Notes: generated by a model from the sequence alone, not told the origin. DNA of 63,609 nucleotides, filler included, from Conidiobolus incongruus B7586 (GCA_000697335.1; 13 parts of 13 records of this genome joined end to end with filler, not necessarily neighbours in it); one strand, 5' to 3'; counted from the whole stretch's first letter, positions 42,594 through 57,203 are shown. Translations and numbers: made by a program.

Positions 42594-44758
42594 TTAAATA
42601 TTAATTAACTAAAATATATTTTTATATCAACTAAAAAAATAGGAATATATCTTAATATTAAATATATAAATATATTATAGATAATAGAACTTAAGCTTAG
42701 ATTGGTTAACTGAAATATAAAATCAATATATTATAATTTAATTAAAATTTAATAAACTAATATAATTATAATTAAATAAAACCTATTAAGATATAGACCA
42801 AAATCAAAACTTTTAAGGTTAATTATTATAATTGATAGATTATAAACTCTTCTATATTATTCTTTGTCAAAATATATTTTATAAGATTAAATAGAATTAA
42901 ATTGATCANNNNNNNNNNNNNNNNNNNNNNNNNNNNNNNNNNNNNNNNNNNNTTAATTAATTAANNNNNNNNNNNNNNNNNNNNNNNNNNNNNNNNNNNN
43001 NNNNNNNNTTTGTTATAATTAATCAGAAATATTTGTGGGAAACTTAGAATTCACTATAATTTGAACATTAAATGTAAAAAAAAATAATATCAAATTTGTA
43101 GTGATATTAATTAAAATAAAAATTAATATAAGTTTTTAATATAAATGAAATTTTTAAATATTTAAAATGCTATTTTTGGAAGAAAATAATTTAATATTTT
43201 ATAATTCCCAAATTTGTTTAATATAATAGAAATAATTACCATATATAGTAAATTGTATTTGATATCCATATTTTTACTATTTTGATAAAATATCAAGTTT
43301 TGTTGATACTATCTTAAATCATTCAGTTGTCGATTAATAATATTATTATAATTTTTGATTATTATTCAAAGTTTAAAAAGGAATATATATTGAAAAAGTC
43401 AAATTATAAAACATTATTGAAATATAATGAAAATAATTATTTTGTTAATTTAATTAATTTATATAATCTTTATTAAAAATAATTCTATCACTGATTCATT
43501 TTTAATCTACAGTATATGTAAACTATCAGTATACATAACAACTTTAAATAATTTTCTAATTTCATCTTTTTAATATATAATTTTACAGGTTTGAAACAAA
43601 ATTATTAAAAAAAATCATCGAATAATCAAGTACTCAAAATAAATTGCTTTAAAAGTTGTCAATTTAATTCTAACAATTAATATAAATCTGTTTTTTTTCT
43701 TATAAGAAAATGATATAATAATTCAAATTGAAAATTCTTTCAATTATATTTAAAAATTAATATTTATAAATTTTTAATTAGAAATTTTAAGTTGAACCAA
43801 TTAGATGAATTATTTTAGAATAGTATTTAATTCATTATTAATTATTATATAAATGTGAAATATAATAACCTATATATTTACTTAATTTGGTTTAATATCA
43901 AATTTATAACTTTTTGATTGAATACTAAATTAATATTTTCAATTATTTAATATTTGAATTATTTTTTTTAATTTCAACTTGCATTCCAATAAAAAATTAA
44001 CCAATTAAAATTGATTTATTTTAGGATAATCAATTTGGATCGTGTTAGGTAAAAAATTGTGATTATAATATTAAAAATGTTTTAATTTAAGTGGATTTTA
44101 ATTGGATTGTAGTAATATAATTAGCAAATTAGAGTGATTAATTCCAAAATTTCAAATGAGATGGATTTTGTATTCATTTTAATCAAGTGAAATTAGAAAA
44201 TTTGAAACTGACGTATAAGATTAATAATCTGAATTTGATTAATTAGTTTATTGGTTTAATTTTATATCAATTTTAATTGGGTAATAAAGTTTGAGAAATT
44301 AATCCAAACCAAATAATTAATAAATTATACTTAAATTTGAACTGTATTGAACTATTCTAATAATCACCATAACCCTGCAATTGCTAGATTAAACTTTTCT
44401 CTAATAAACCTCTTTCATCTAACTAAATATATAAAAACATTAGATAATTTTTGCAATATTTTTATTTATATCCCTTTTACAACTTGAAAAATAAGTTTAA
44501 AACAGTCTAAATCTTAATTGTGAAATTTGAAAATTGACGGAGGATTTAAGGTGATTGGATAATACTGAATTGAAATGCATTTAATAAATGATAGAAAATA
44601 AACCAATTGAAATGATTCATGAGAAGATAATTACAAGGAATCAGCCAATTAATTGAATGAATTTCATTGAAAATTAAGAGATTAATAGGTGGAAAAAAGG
44701 TTTAAAAAATCCAAATTGGAAAATTCAACAAATTTTAAATTTTGATGGATGATTGTAG

Positions 44759-44767
44759 TATAAATAG
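44759..44767 (+). promoter_or_regulatory. TATA box candidate (TATAAATAG) for the three-exon gene
   Basis: Followed by a pyrimidine-rich, UTR-like stretch leading to ATG 45117. Confidence 0.45.
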
Positions 44768-45116
44768 AGCTGATGATTCCTTACAATTCTCTCACTCAAT
44801 CACTACCGTCCAAAATTTCCCTCTTGTTTTCTTTTCAATCTCGGTTTGGTTGACCATATTGCCTTCAATTGATTATTTTCAACTTTTATCCTGACTATTA
44901 TTTTTAATTCTTCTAGATTAGATACCTTATCATCCTTGATTCGTTGTTAAATTACCTTTAACTTGAATTTTTTATTGTAATTTTATTTCTATTTCTATTA
45001 TTATCATTGTTGAAATATTTTTTCTTAACAAAAAAAATTGTCTTTCCCAAAATTGATTGATTGATTCATTGATTTCTTACACTTTCCTGCTTTGTTATTG
45101 TTTTGATTTTTAAAAA

Positions 45117-45680
45117 ATGGTGAATTTATACGAATTTGTCAAACCTACACCCCGTTATGGTAAGTTGCTGTTTTTTACTTTAAGGTTATTGGTCAGCAGT
45201 TGTTTTGATATTGCCCTCTGTCCAATCAACACACTGAATTTTGTTGATTATATCACATTAATTCTTTTGATGATTAATACAATTGGTTAATTTAGAGATA
45301 TATGCTCACGCAAATTTAAAAAGGAAAAATATTGATGGAAATACGATTGGCTCGTCATCATCAACATCTAATCAAAACCCTTCTCCTCAATTGAGTTTTC
45401 AAAATACTAACTATATCTCTGAGGTAAGTAATAAGTTTCATTGGCCCCTGATCATCTTTACTGATTCTATTGGCTGTACATTTAGGATTCCGACGATGAT
45501 AGGTCGGCTAAGCGTAATCTAAATTTTGATTTGCCCAGCTACAACCAACGCTTGGAGCAGCAGTATCCTAACGGAATCTTGCACTCAGGACCTCGCTATT
45601 CCAACTACGCTACCGGCCAAACATACGCCAACTGGAGTTCATGTATCTTCAATAGAGAAGACCGTCCCGAGTGTTTGTAA
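45117..45680 (+). CDS. Three-exon hypothetical protein, 121 aa (exons 45117-45159, 45296-45423, 45486-45680)
   Basis: AAAAAATGG start context, two GTAAGT donors (45160, 45424), TTTAG acceptors (45295, 45485), and a CTGAT branch-like site in intron 2. The spliced frame is open: MVNLYEFVKPTPRYEIYAHANLKRKNIDG...YISEDSDDDRSAKRNLNFDLPSY...WSSCIFNREDRPECL*. Confidence 0.8.
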
Positions 45681-46897
45681 TTTAGTTTCACGAATCACCG
45701 CTACTACCATCACCCCTTTGATCAGGGCACTTTGAAACCAGCTATCAGGGGTACACACTGTCACACTTTGCCAACTTAGCAACTAACTTTAACCACCTCA
45801 GTTCTCACCCAATATAATAACCCTAACTAAATTTGCAAATAATATTTCAGTGTTTAATAAATGGCCCCAGTTTCAAATTACATTTTAAATTTGGATCATT
45901 TTTCTAATTCCTTCTACCACAAACCAATCATCTGACTAAATCAATTTAACCTGCTAAAAGGGTCATTCTAGTCTGTAATAATTCATGATAATAATTTCAT
46001 ATATTCCATACATATTTAACAACTCTTGCAATAATATACTAATATTAATATAATAAAAATAATAAATTTTAAATACTAAACTTATGAAATTTATAATAAG
46101 CCATTCATTTTCATTAATCATTTTCCAAAAATATTTTATTATCAAGGAATAACAAGTTTTTTAAAATGATTAATTTATCGAATTATTATTAGAGAAAAAA
46201 ATATAATTAACATCTTTTGATTGTTGATAGATTGAAGTTTAAGGATATTGATACCATATTGGTTCACAATATTGATTGATTTGATATAATCTATTTTTAT
46301 TGATATTGAAATAATATTAGTATATATAACTAAATAATATGCACATTTTTAAAAGTATTTTCTCAAAAAAAGAATGGATTATTTTATTAATAATATAAAT
46401 TTAAATATTTATGAAAAAAAAATTAAATTGAGTTATATAATATAAATAATATCATTTAATATAATATTAAAAAATGATATCATGATTGGATAATTTATTA
46501 TTTAATAAAATTATATTTTTTTTTTCTTATTTGATATATCATTATTAATGTTTTAATAATATTTTCATATATAGTAAAATAATACTTAGTCCAATAATAA
46601 TTATTCCAACTAAATTAAAATTCTTTAAATTAATTTTCAAAATATGCGCACAAATAATCGACACTATTACTATCATTTAATATATATATATGTTTGATTA
46701 TATTTATTAAACTGATATATAATATATATATTCTTAGTTAAAGATTATAAATTAAATTTTTTAAGGAATTATTGACATTCATAAATCAATCAATGTTGAT
46801 AGTTGGTCAATTGTTTGTTGAAATAATTTATACTGATTGGAAATTTATGCTAGGATCGTGAATTTGAGTATTCAAAAATCAATAATAGAGATCAAAC

Positions 46898-47650
46898 CTA
46901 AAGCACAGCCATCACCGCTCCTAAAGCTATCATGAGTGCGAAATGCGGCCGGAATAGATCTGCAGTAGATACGACGTCCAAACTACCAGTATCGTCCATA
47001 GAATCCGATGCATACATGGAAGAATCATCAGTATTGTCGAGAGCGGCAGAAGATTTGCCGGTGTTGCCCTTGTTCTTTTTGCTGAAGTCGTTACCTTCAT
47101 ACTCATAGCCTTCCTCTCTAAATTCGCCATCGAGCACGTATTCATACACCTTCTTATTACACTTCATCAGACAGTTCCTATAGTTTTTGAGGCCTCGTTT
47201 CGTGAGACATTCATGATCGCATAAATCTACTTCGTCGAATTTACGTGGACTCATTTTGGTAGTAAATTTAAATAGACATAGAATACCAAATGGAAAACTC
47301 ACTCCCGTACAGTTAGATGTACACGGTTTGGAGTATACCCGGGGCTGACCGTTCACACTTTCGGGATCGCATTTCGCTTCGGCGTCCTTGTAGCGCAGTT
47401 CCAAATTCAATAGATCTTTATTGACTCCGGCAGCTTCATAAAGGCAAGCGTAATAATTAGTATTTTGATTTTCGCAATCAATAGCCTTATTCTCATTTTC
47501 GGGAGTTTTCAAAAATTCTTTTGTAGCCATACATTCCACCTGACAGAATGCGTCATTACACTGTTGTTCGCAATCTTCAGTGATCTTGTACTTGCACTCC
47601 AACGGTAATAGCATTAGCAGTAGTATAAATTGAACTAGGTTGAAGTTCAT
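46898..47650 (-). CDS. Secreted Cys-rich, probably GPI-anchored cell-surface protein (250 aa)
   Basis: Hydrophobic signal peptide (MNFNLVQFILLLMLLPLEC), 15 Cys including five CxxxC motifs, an S/D/T-rich stalk and a terminal hydrophobic tail (FALMIALGAVMAVL). TATA-like element ~60 nt upstream. Confidence 0.9.
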   Translation of the reverse strand: MNFNLVQFILLLMLLPLECKYKITEDCEQQCNDAFCQVECMATKEFLKTPENENKAIDCENQNTNYYACLYEAAGVNKDLLNLELRYKDAEAKCDPESVNGQPRVYSKPCTSNCTGVSFPFGILCLFKFTTKMSPRKFDEVDLCDHECLTKRGLKNYRNCLMKCNKKVYEYVLDGEFREEGYEYEGNDFSKKNKGNTGKSSAALDNTDDSSMYASDSMDDTGSLDVVSTADLFRPHFALMIALGAVMAVL

Positions 47651-49499
47651 ATCGTCTTTATTGAATTATTAATACTAAGAATATTTCAATAAAAGCTTTA
47701 ATAAAATTTATATATAACCATTAAAAACATTACAATAATTGGGCACCCCACAATTATTTATACCCTAACACCCTTAATAAACTCTGTAGATCTAACAATT
47801 TCCCAATACTCCAAATTTTAATATTGAGTTAGTTATTGGAATAAATGTACTCCATTACCCAGCCCCACACTTTAGTTGAGTTTTGAATATGATAATGTTA
47901 AGTTTCATTTGGATTATTAACTCAAGTTAAAATTTAGAATTGAAGGCCGTAATTAAACTATAATCTAAAAAGAATTTGGTAAAGTTATAAATTTTTAAGT
48001 GAATTGGTATCTCGAGCTTACTAGAAAGAATTGGATTAGTCCAATTGTTAAAATCTTGGTAATTTTAGATATATAATTTACTCTTATTTAATTTTGAAAA
48101 ACTAATAATATAATTTGATTTTAAAATTGTTATTTCATTATTTTTTATTCGATATATATGACCTATTTTTAATAGTATTCATTTTAATATTTTAAAATAT
48201 ATTCAAATACAGAGTTGTAAAATCAACGTTAATGATACATTCAATAATTATATATATATATAATCGAATATTTTAGCTGCTGATATTAGTTACAAACTTA
48301 TAAAATTAGTTAATATTTATTAAAACAAAAAAAATCTAAGATGAATTAAATGAATATGATAATTTAGTCACTTTCAAAAAGGTAATATCTCACTAGAAAT
48401 TACTCTTATTATAATGAATAATATAATACTAATTTGCGAAAATGTAATTATTAATGGTTAATTTAACTTTTTCGTTTCAAAATACATAGAAATTGTTAAT
48501 TATTATAACTACTTTAATTAAATTAACAAATGAATATTTTTTTCAATTTATTAATTGAAAAGCTGTCTTAAATATAGTTAAAAACTAATGAAACAAAATT
48601 AACCTTCCAATTTTAATTGTTTAATTATCAATATTTTAAATTTATAATTAAGAAGCAAATATATATAAATTCTAAATCAAATCTAAAAACTTTCCTTTAA
48701 ATGAAATATAAATTTTATAATTAAATTAAATATAATTCAATAATTAAAACCATTTTCCTATAATTATATAAAAAATCTAATATTTAATTACCCTTCTGTA
48801 AAATAAAAATAAAAATTTCTTTGGTAATCAATTGATTTTAATATTAAGCAGCTACTTTCACAATACTATACAATAATTTATCGATTAATTTGGATTACGT
48901 CACAATTACATGTAATTTTGGAGTAAAAATTTGATATATATAGTATTTAAAAAATTATTAAAATATATTTACCAATTTTTGGAATATTTTAACATAGTTA
49001 TTAGATTTAATTTTTAAAGTTTTTATATATTGTTATTTTATAAATATTATATCAATATTTTTCTTTTATATTTTATTATTAATAATTATTTTATTTATTT
49101 TAATTTTATATATATTATTAATTATAAAATTATCTTGCTTATATCAATTTGAAAATCAACTTTATAAATTTCTAAAACTTTAACAAAACCAAAAATATTT
49201 TGAATAATAAAGTTATTAAACTTGGAATTATTTGAATAATAAATTAATTAATATTGATTATTTTTATATGATTAATTTTAAATTAAAATAATCAAACTTA
49301 AGTAATATAATTTATTAGTAATTTCTTTAATTATACCAAAATTTATAAAAAAATTTATANNNNNNNNNNNNNNNNNNNNNNNNNNNNNNNNNNNNNNNNN
49401 NNNTTAATTAATTAANNNNNNNNNNNNNNNNNNNNNNNNNNNNNNNNNNNNNNNNNNNNAAATATATAGGAAAATAAATATTTTCAAACTATATATATA

Positions 49500-50620
49500 T
49501 ATTTAATTTTAATTATTTTTTTATTAAAATATTTTGATTTTAAAATTTATATTCAAATTTAATTATATTTAAATTTAATCATATTTAAACTAAATTGTAA
49601 TTATCAAAAGACTTTTATTTTTATATCTTTAAAACTTAACTATAAACCCTTTAAAATCATTTAAAACTTGCAAATAGCTTATAAAGATGATGCTTTATTT
49701 AAAATTACCATATATTACTAGATTTGTGATTTTAAATCTAGAAGAGACATTATTCAAAATTTACCAAAATTTAAAAAACTAATTTTTACTATTACTCTTT
49801 TATTTACCAATAAAGTAAAAAAATATATTAAGAAATACTCTTTTATTTCTATTAGAGAACTATTAAAGTAATTTAATATTAATTATATAAGCATGTTATA
49901 TTTACTTAAGTTTAAATTTAGATTAATTAATAAAAATATAAAATAGATACATTATAATTTAACAAAAGCTTAAAAGAAAACTAAAGTAGCTATAGCTAAA
50001 TTAAATATATTAAAGTATAATTAAAAACAAAGTTTTTAATAGTAAATACTTATAATTAATGAATTTTAGATTCTTTTATATAATCCTTTATTTAAAAATA
50101 AAATAAAATGTTAGGTTAAGCTAAATCAATCCTTTTTATAAATTCCAATAAATAAATATTTTAAATATAAGCAAATGTTAATTATTGTAATAGATTATAA
50201 TAGTATACAGTCTTTTTATTTAATATCTCAAAGGAAATTAATTAATAGTAAAATATATATTATTTTTTTAAATAAAACAATTTTTAAATAATATTCTTGA
50301 TATAAATTAAAAATATCTATTATTTTGCATAATAATTATAAAATATATAAAATTAATACTATAAAAGATTTTCTATATAAAAAAATTAGAGGGAATTACC
50401 ATATCTAATATACTCACCTGATTATAACCTATGTGATTATAATTGTTCTAGATAATTAAAAAAACAGCTTATAAGAAAAAAAATTCTTGCAAACAAATTA
50501 AATTAGTTTATAAGACATTGAATTTTAGTTTTTAATAAAAAAACTATTTTTTAAGTATTAGAAGCTTATCAAAAATATAGAAAAGAGTTATTAATAATAG
50601 AAGAAGCTATTAATTTTATA
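49500..50620 (+). mobile_element. Hypermutated mariner-type transposase relic (copy B, near full length)
   Basis: QIAYKDDALFKITIYY*ICDFKSRRD (49671; HTH region, YGD.ALS..TV..W...FK.GR), INEF*I (50055; DE.W), ILHNN (~50321; LHDN) and YSPDYNLCDY (50411). Confidence 0.8.
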
Positions 50621-50873
50621 TTATTCATTAATTTTTATATATTATTTATTAATTAATTTCTTTTATTTCAATCTTAAAATTATACCATTATTTAATTTCT
50701 ATATTAATAATAATAATATATAAAAATTATTCTTATATAAGTATATAAAACTAATATAATATTTACCAGTTATNNNNNNNNNNNNNNNNNNNNNNNNNNN
50801 NNNNNNNNNNNNNNNNNTTAATTAATTAANNNNNNNNNNNNNNNNNNNNNNNNNNNNNNNNNNNNNNNNNNNN

Positions 50874-51745
50874 ATTTTAGTAATATATTAATTTTGATAA
50901 TTTTTTCCAAAAATATTTAATAAGAAAATACTTTATATAATTTAAAATTATTATATAAAATAATATTTTTTTTAAAATTATATTAATATTAGTTGAATAA
51001 TAATTCTATTTATAAAAACAATATATTTTTAATATTAATTATTAATTTTATAGAATATAAATAAAAATAATATATATAATTATATTCTATCATTATCATT
51101 AATATTTATTTATAAATAATATTTATTTAAAAAAATCTATAATAGGATTTATTTATTTTAATTTAGTATCTTAATTTATATCTTTATAAAAAATAATATA
51201 AAGATATTAAAAGTTTATTAAATATAATGATTTGCTTTAAAAACCATGGTTATTGGTTATATTTTCATAAGTTTTATTTAATTATAGCTATTTTAGTTTT
51301 TTTAAGCTTAAGTCAAATTATAAGCTATTAAATTTATATTTTATTTTTATTTTAATCTTAAGCTTTAGTATATATAAGATTATTATGTTTTTAATATAAA
51401 AGAGCTGTTATAATTCTCTAGCTAAAATATTATAGTGTTTTTTAATATTTTTTTAACTTTATTAATAATTTATAAAATAATAATTAGAATTAAAATTTTA
51501 AAATTTATTAAGTTTCAGATAATTTCTTTTTTAGTGTTAAAATAATCTACCCAACAGTAAATAATCGATTTAGATATAATTTTATTATTGAAACCAATTT
51601 ATAAATTTTGAATAATTTTATAAGATTTATGGTTAAGTTTTATAAATAATAAAATATATAACTTTTGATGATTATGATTTAATTAAATTTAATAGAATTA
51701 AATTACCACTTTGAAAAAGTTATTTTTTTAATAAAAAAATTATTA
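50874..51745 (-). mobile_element. Hypermutated mariner-type relic (copy C, inverted)
   Basis: Reverse complement is colinear with ~49510-50410 (e.g. tatagctattttagttttt vs tatagctactttagttttc). Confidence 0.72.
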
Positions 51746-51763
51746 TATATATATATATATATA

Positions 51764-51938
51764 TACTAGCTTACAAAAGTAAGTTATAAAATCAAAATTA
51801 CTTATATATTTACTTATATCTTAAATAATTCTTAATTAAATGAATTTAATTTAAAATATATAATTTACCTATATTAGTTGATTATAACTAACAATATATG
51901 ATTTTATTTCATTAATTATTGGTTATTATATTAAAACT
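51764..51938 (+). mobile_element. Terminal inverted repeat of another Tc1-like copy, cut by an assembly gap
   Basis: TACTAGCTTACAAAAGTAAGTTATAAAATCAAAATTAC... matches 25818 onward but keeps more C/G; starts directly after a (TA)n run. Confidence 0.85.
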
Positions 51939-52799
51939 NNNNNNNNNNNNNNNNNNNNNNNNNNNNNNNNNNNNNNNNNNNNTTAATTAATTAANNNNNN
52001 NNNNNNNNNNNNNNNNNNNNNNNNNNNNNNNNNNNNNNTTAAAAAAAACTTTATAATAAAATTAAAGAAATTATTTAAAATATCAAAATAGGTGTATAAC
52101 TAATAGTTAAATTTATTTCATAAAATAATATATTAAAATTTCAAAAAAAAATCTATATAATTGATTTTTTTTATAAATCAAAATAGGTATTTTATTATTT
52201 TTTATTTCTTATATATTAGAAAAAAAATAACTAAATTAAAATTGTTAAATTTAGAATTTTTAACAAATATTAAGATCTAAATATAAATATTGCAAAATAT
52301 ATTGAAATCAAACTAATATTGATCTATATTTGAAAATAGGTTGTTTATTTATTCTCAAATACTATAACCAAATCAGTTTAATTATATTATAGTTGATATA
52401 TTATATTTTTTTTTATACTTTTATTATTGGAAATTAATAATGATAATAAAATATTCAAATAGAAGAAAATTAAAAAGATAAAGTTAAAAAAGGCTTATAT
52501 CTTTTGTTGGTTTGTTTATCAAATAAAGTAAGATAATTTTAGAATATGTTATGTTTATTATATTAATAGAAAACTATATATCAATTAGTCTTAAAATTTA
52601 CTATAGAAAAAATAAAAATGAGAAAGAGAGTTAAAAAATTAGATAAAGATTAGGTATAAAGTAATTAATATATAAGATAAAATTATCAAATTAATTTAAG
52701 AATAATAGTAAATTGTTTAATAGTTCAATTTAAGATAACAAATAAATGTTAAGAAAATAAATAAAAGAACTGTTGAAATAATCATACTAAAGTTCAAAA

Positions 52800-53450
52800 G
52801 AAATATTATTACACAAATAAGAGATTAGCTTTGGTATAGTGTAATCTTTTATACTAAATATCACAATAAAAAACATATTATAATCATGTATATTTATATA
52901 CATAAATTGTATCAAGTAAGATTTTTGAATGTCTTTAATATCCTTTAGAGATGAATAATGAAATTAATACTACTAGAAATATCTCTTTCTTTATCTGGAC
53001 ACTTATTGATCAAGGCTTTCAAGACAGTTATTAAGGCTTTCCCCTTTATAATCTCCAAATTCCATCTAAGGCCTAAACAATGGTGATAAAATATAATCAA
53101 CTTGAGATAAATTAAACTGTGAGTGATAAAATCTAGGTATATATTACACAATTACTTATTAGTTATAATCATTTTTCCGAAAATATATGTTGTTGTAATC
53201 TTTGATAATTTGGCATATTAAATTAATTATCAAGAATCTGAAAGCTAATTCCTTATAACTTAATTGATTTTATTATTACTATAGCAGTTACCTAAAAATT
53301 AATATATTTTAAATAATAATGTTTTAATTTACCAATTTAAATTGATGATATCATAATTACCTATAATGACTATTAATATGTATCAATATTGGTAATATTA
53401 TTAAGATAGAATCTATTAATAAACTTAGATATTAAAATAATTTAAATTAA
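52800..53450 (-). mobile_element. Possible Ty3/gypsy integrase core relic
   Basis: Fragments FNMP (FGMP-like), LKLIIFYHH and KALITVLKAL fall in the order of the integrase GxP...STxYHP...TL..L motifs; heavily broken. Confidence 0.35.
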
Positions 53451-56400
53451 CAATATATTTAATACATTGGTTCATGAAAATTATTTCTTAATTGAGGTAT
53501 ATTTATCAATTGAAATACCAATAATATTGGTATACTATACTTTTATTTTAAATTATCTTTTAAGTTATATAATATATTCTAATATAATTTATTCAATTAA
53601 TAAATATAAATATAAAATGATATTCTTTTTATTATTATATAGCTAGAGTCTCAATATTAATAGCTGATAATTTTAATACAAATATTAAAACTTTAAAATT
53701 CAGAACTAATCATATACCATTTAGAAAACAAAAGAGAAATAGTTAAGTATAATTATATAATCATTCAGAAAATCTTTTCAATTTGATTATATTTAAATAT
53801 CATTCCTATATCGATGGTAGTTTTATTATATATATTCTGATATTATTGTTTACTGGTTTAATATTAATATTTAAATTTTAATTTCAAATTATTTAGAAAT
53901 AAAATCTATTTTATATTTATTTTATTGAAATCCTTGGCCTAATCACTTAACCTTTCCTTATATTATCTATATTATAAATTACTTGGAGTTTTTATAATTT
54001 TTATTTTAATCTTGAATATTTTTTTACCTAAATTATAAAATTAACTTATAAACTTTGATAAAATTTTTAATTTAATAAAAAAAATGATAAATTTATTAAC
54101 TTTTAATTTTTCAAACTTATTATTATATTTCAAGGTAAGTTATATATAAAATAAATAAAAAACTTATAGTTTTATATTATATTTAAGCTAGATAAAAAAC
54201 TTCAAATATCTTTTATTTTAATAGTATAAAAACTCAATTATAGATTTTTTTAAAATTAGTTAAGATTTATAGTTAACTTATTTATATTATCTTCATTTTA
54301 AAATTATAATATATTATTAAATTTTTTATANNNNNNNNNNNNNNNNNNNNNNNNNNNNNNNNNNNNNNNNNNNNTTAATTAATTAANNNNNNNNNNNNNN
54401 NNNNNNNNNNNNNNNNNNNNNNNNNNNNNNTTTTATATATTATTTTATCAATTTATTTATTTATTTTTAGTTTTGAAATTATGTTATTATTTTATTTTTA
54501 TATTAATTTTATTTATCTAAAATTTAAAAAAATTATATAATAAAAATTATTTAAATTTTTTAGTGTTTTAAATATAAAATAAATTAGGAAATAATAATTA
54601 AATTTCATCTAATATTAATAAGTTTATAATTATTAAATAACTTATTTATTTTATCTGAATAAAAAATTTTTATATAATATATCATTATATTTCAGAAATA
54701 TTAATATATCTTGATTTAATATTTAAGTTTATATTATCTCCTATTTATGATAAATTTTATACCTATAATTAAATGATTTTCTTTTAATTTGTTTATTAAA
54801 ATTTATTTAAATCTTATATATTATTCAATGAATAATTTATTTTAATTTAAAAGTAATAAGGATAGAAAAGATTCTTAGAATTTTTGCTATAATATTTTAA
54901 TAAAAAGTAAACTTTAAGAGAAAAGATTAATAATTCAGTTTAAATAAATTATTCATTAAATCATAATATGAGTATATTATTAATAACTTTATAAATTATA
55001 ATATAAAAGATAAAAAATAAGTAATTATATAATATAAATATTAGGAAGAATAAAAAATAAAACAAAAAGATAATTAATAAAAATAATTTAAAAAAATATA
55101 ATGATTATATTAAATTAAATAAGTTATAATATAATAAAAATAATTAAATAGCTTCTAATCAGTTATTATAATAAGAGATTAAAATATAATAAAAATATTA
55201 AATTATAAATATCTTGATTGAAAATAGTAAATAAATTGAAATATATTTATCAATTATATAAAGACATTCAAAATATTATATAATTAAAAAAATAAAGATT
55301 TAAATGAAATAATATTTATTATAATTTCAAAAATAAATATGATAATAGTTAAAAAATTTTACCAATTTATAGTTATTTTTATAATAAATATCTTAACCCT
55401 TAACCCTCCCTCTGTTGCTGAAATTATTGAATATCTTAATCCTTAGGACAATTATAATACTAAAAGAAGCTACCTATCAATATGCTTTATCTGAGGCTTG
55501 GAAATATTTCCTTAAAGGATATTAGTGAGAAAGTATAATAAGTTTTTAAATCACAGGCTAGATTAATAATTAATATATAGTATTATTTATTGGAGAAAAT
55601 AACAATATAAGGGTGATAGGCAAGAGTATCTAGAAGACACTAGCTATTTTCTAATATATTAAAGGTTATAAATTATATGTAAGTTTATAGAATATAATAA
55701 AATAAGTTATACTTTGTTATAAGGGTGATCAATATTATTTATAAACCTAACTAATTTGTACTTAATTTTCAAAATAAAAAAAATATTTGGTTATAAATTT
55801 ATTAGAATATAAACCTCCCTTTAACATTCTAGAAATTTAGTTATAAAAGATATATAATAAGATAAAATAATTATTCTTTTTATTTTAAAATAAATAAAAA
55901 GTAAGAATATTTTATTATCATATTATTATTAATCCACTAGAACTCTATTTTAATATTACACTTAATTAATCTTTTTGATATAATTATGAATTAATTATAA
56001 TTATAATTTTAATTTAAGCTAGTATAAATAAACTTATACCTTATCTTTTTTCACATGTTCTATTAATTTTTTTAATATCATAAACTTAATAAGCTTTAAA
56101 ACTCAATTAGTTTATTTGAAATGTTTTTAATCATCAGCTTAATAATTAGCTAGTAGTCTTTTTAGTTAAATTATTATAGAAACAATATTATTACAAATTG
56201 TATAATAATAACATTATAAATAATGTTTTAGGATATAAGTTAATTTCATAATTATAAATAATTTTTGAATACTTATGAATGTTGAATTCTAATTAATATA
56301 TGACTTAAAATATAAGGATGAGTATTAATAAAATGATTAAAATTTAAAATTAATATCATTACAAATTAATATTGACTGAAAGAAATTTAATTTTTTTATT

Positions 56401-57203
56401 ATATTTTTTTGAAAATTATTTCTGTTTTAGAAAATTATAAATTATATTGAAATTTTAGTACTTAATTTGATTTTTAATATTTTTAACATTAAATCAATTA
56501 TTTTAACTTTTGTTATTTATTAGTGCTATTATTATAGTTATAATAATTTGTTTTAATTATTTTTCAAAAAAATAAAATATTAATTACAAGCTTTATGATT
56601 ATAAAATATAGCTAATCCCTTAATCACTTGAAAAATTAAATTTTGTGTAATTTTAATCACAATATAAATTTGTTTATAAAATACACTGATTAAATTTATA
56701 TTAAAGCACATTAAAATTTTCATCTAAAAATCATATTTATTATTAATAACATCACATATAATACTTAAAATATTTTCAATCATTATTATAAAAGTCAAAA
56801 ACTCATTAAAAGTGATTTTTTAAATATTTCAAATAATTTAGATTACAATAGCTTGGATTAAACTACTTATTATTAAAAGTGAATGCTTTATTAGTTGACT
56901 AGCTAATAAAACAGTTAAATTATAACTATATAGTGGTTAAGATATATTAATAAGTTTTATCATATTCATGATATTTCTTTATAATAGTTTATTTATAATA
57001 CTAACAAATAAGGTTTGTTCAGAATTTATTACTATATAAATATCTATAATAGTATGAGAATTAATTATGATAATTAATCGAATTAAGCTAAAATTAAGTA
57101 TTTAAAGGAATTCAAATCAATTTTATGATACAGAACCATTTTTTTATAAGAAATTTAGATTATAATTAAATTATTGCAATTGCAACAACTATAATAATAA
57201 TAT

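Noticed and set aside
45526..47145. ORFs 45526-45735(+), 45963-46145(-) and 46930-47145(-)
   Set aside because: Respectively an alternative frame of exon 3, an AT-rich I/Y/N/K chance ORF, and an alternative frame inside the GPI gene.
55393..55407. TTAACCCTTAACCCT as a telomere remnant
   Set aside because: Only two units and internal; not distinguishable from chance or TE sequence.
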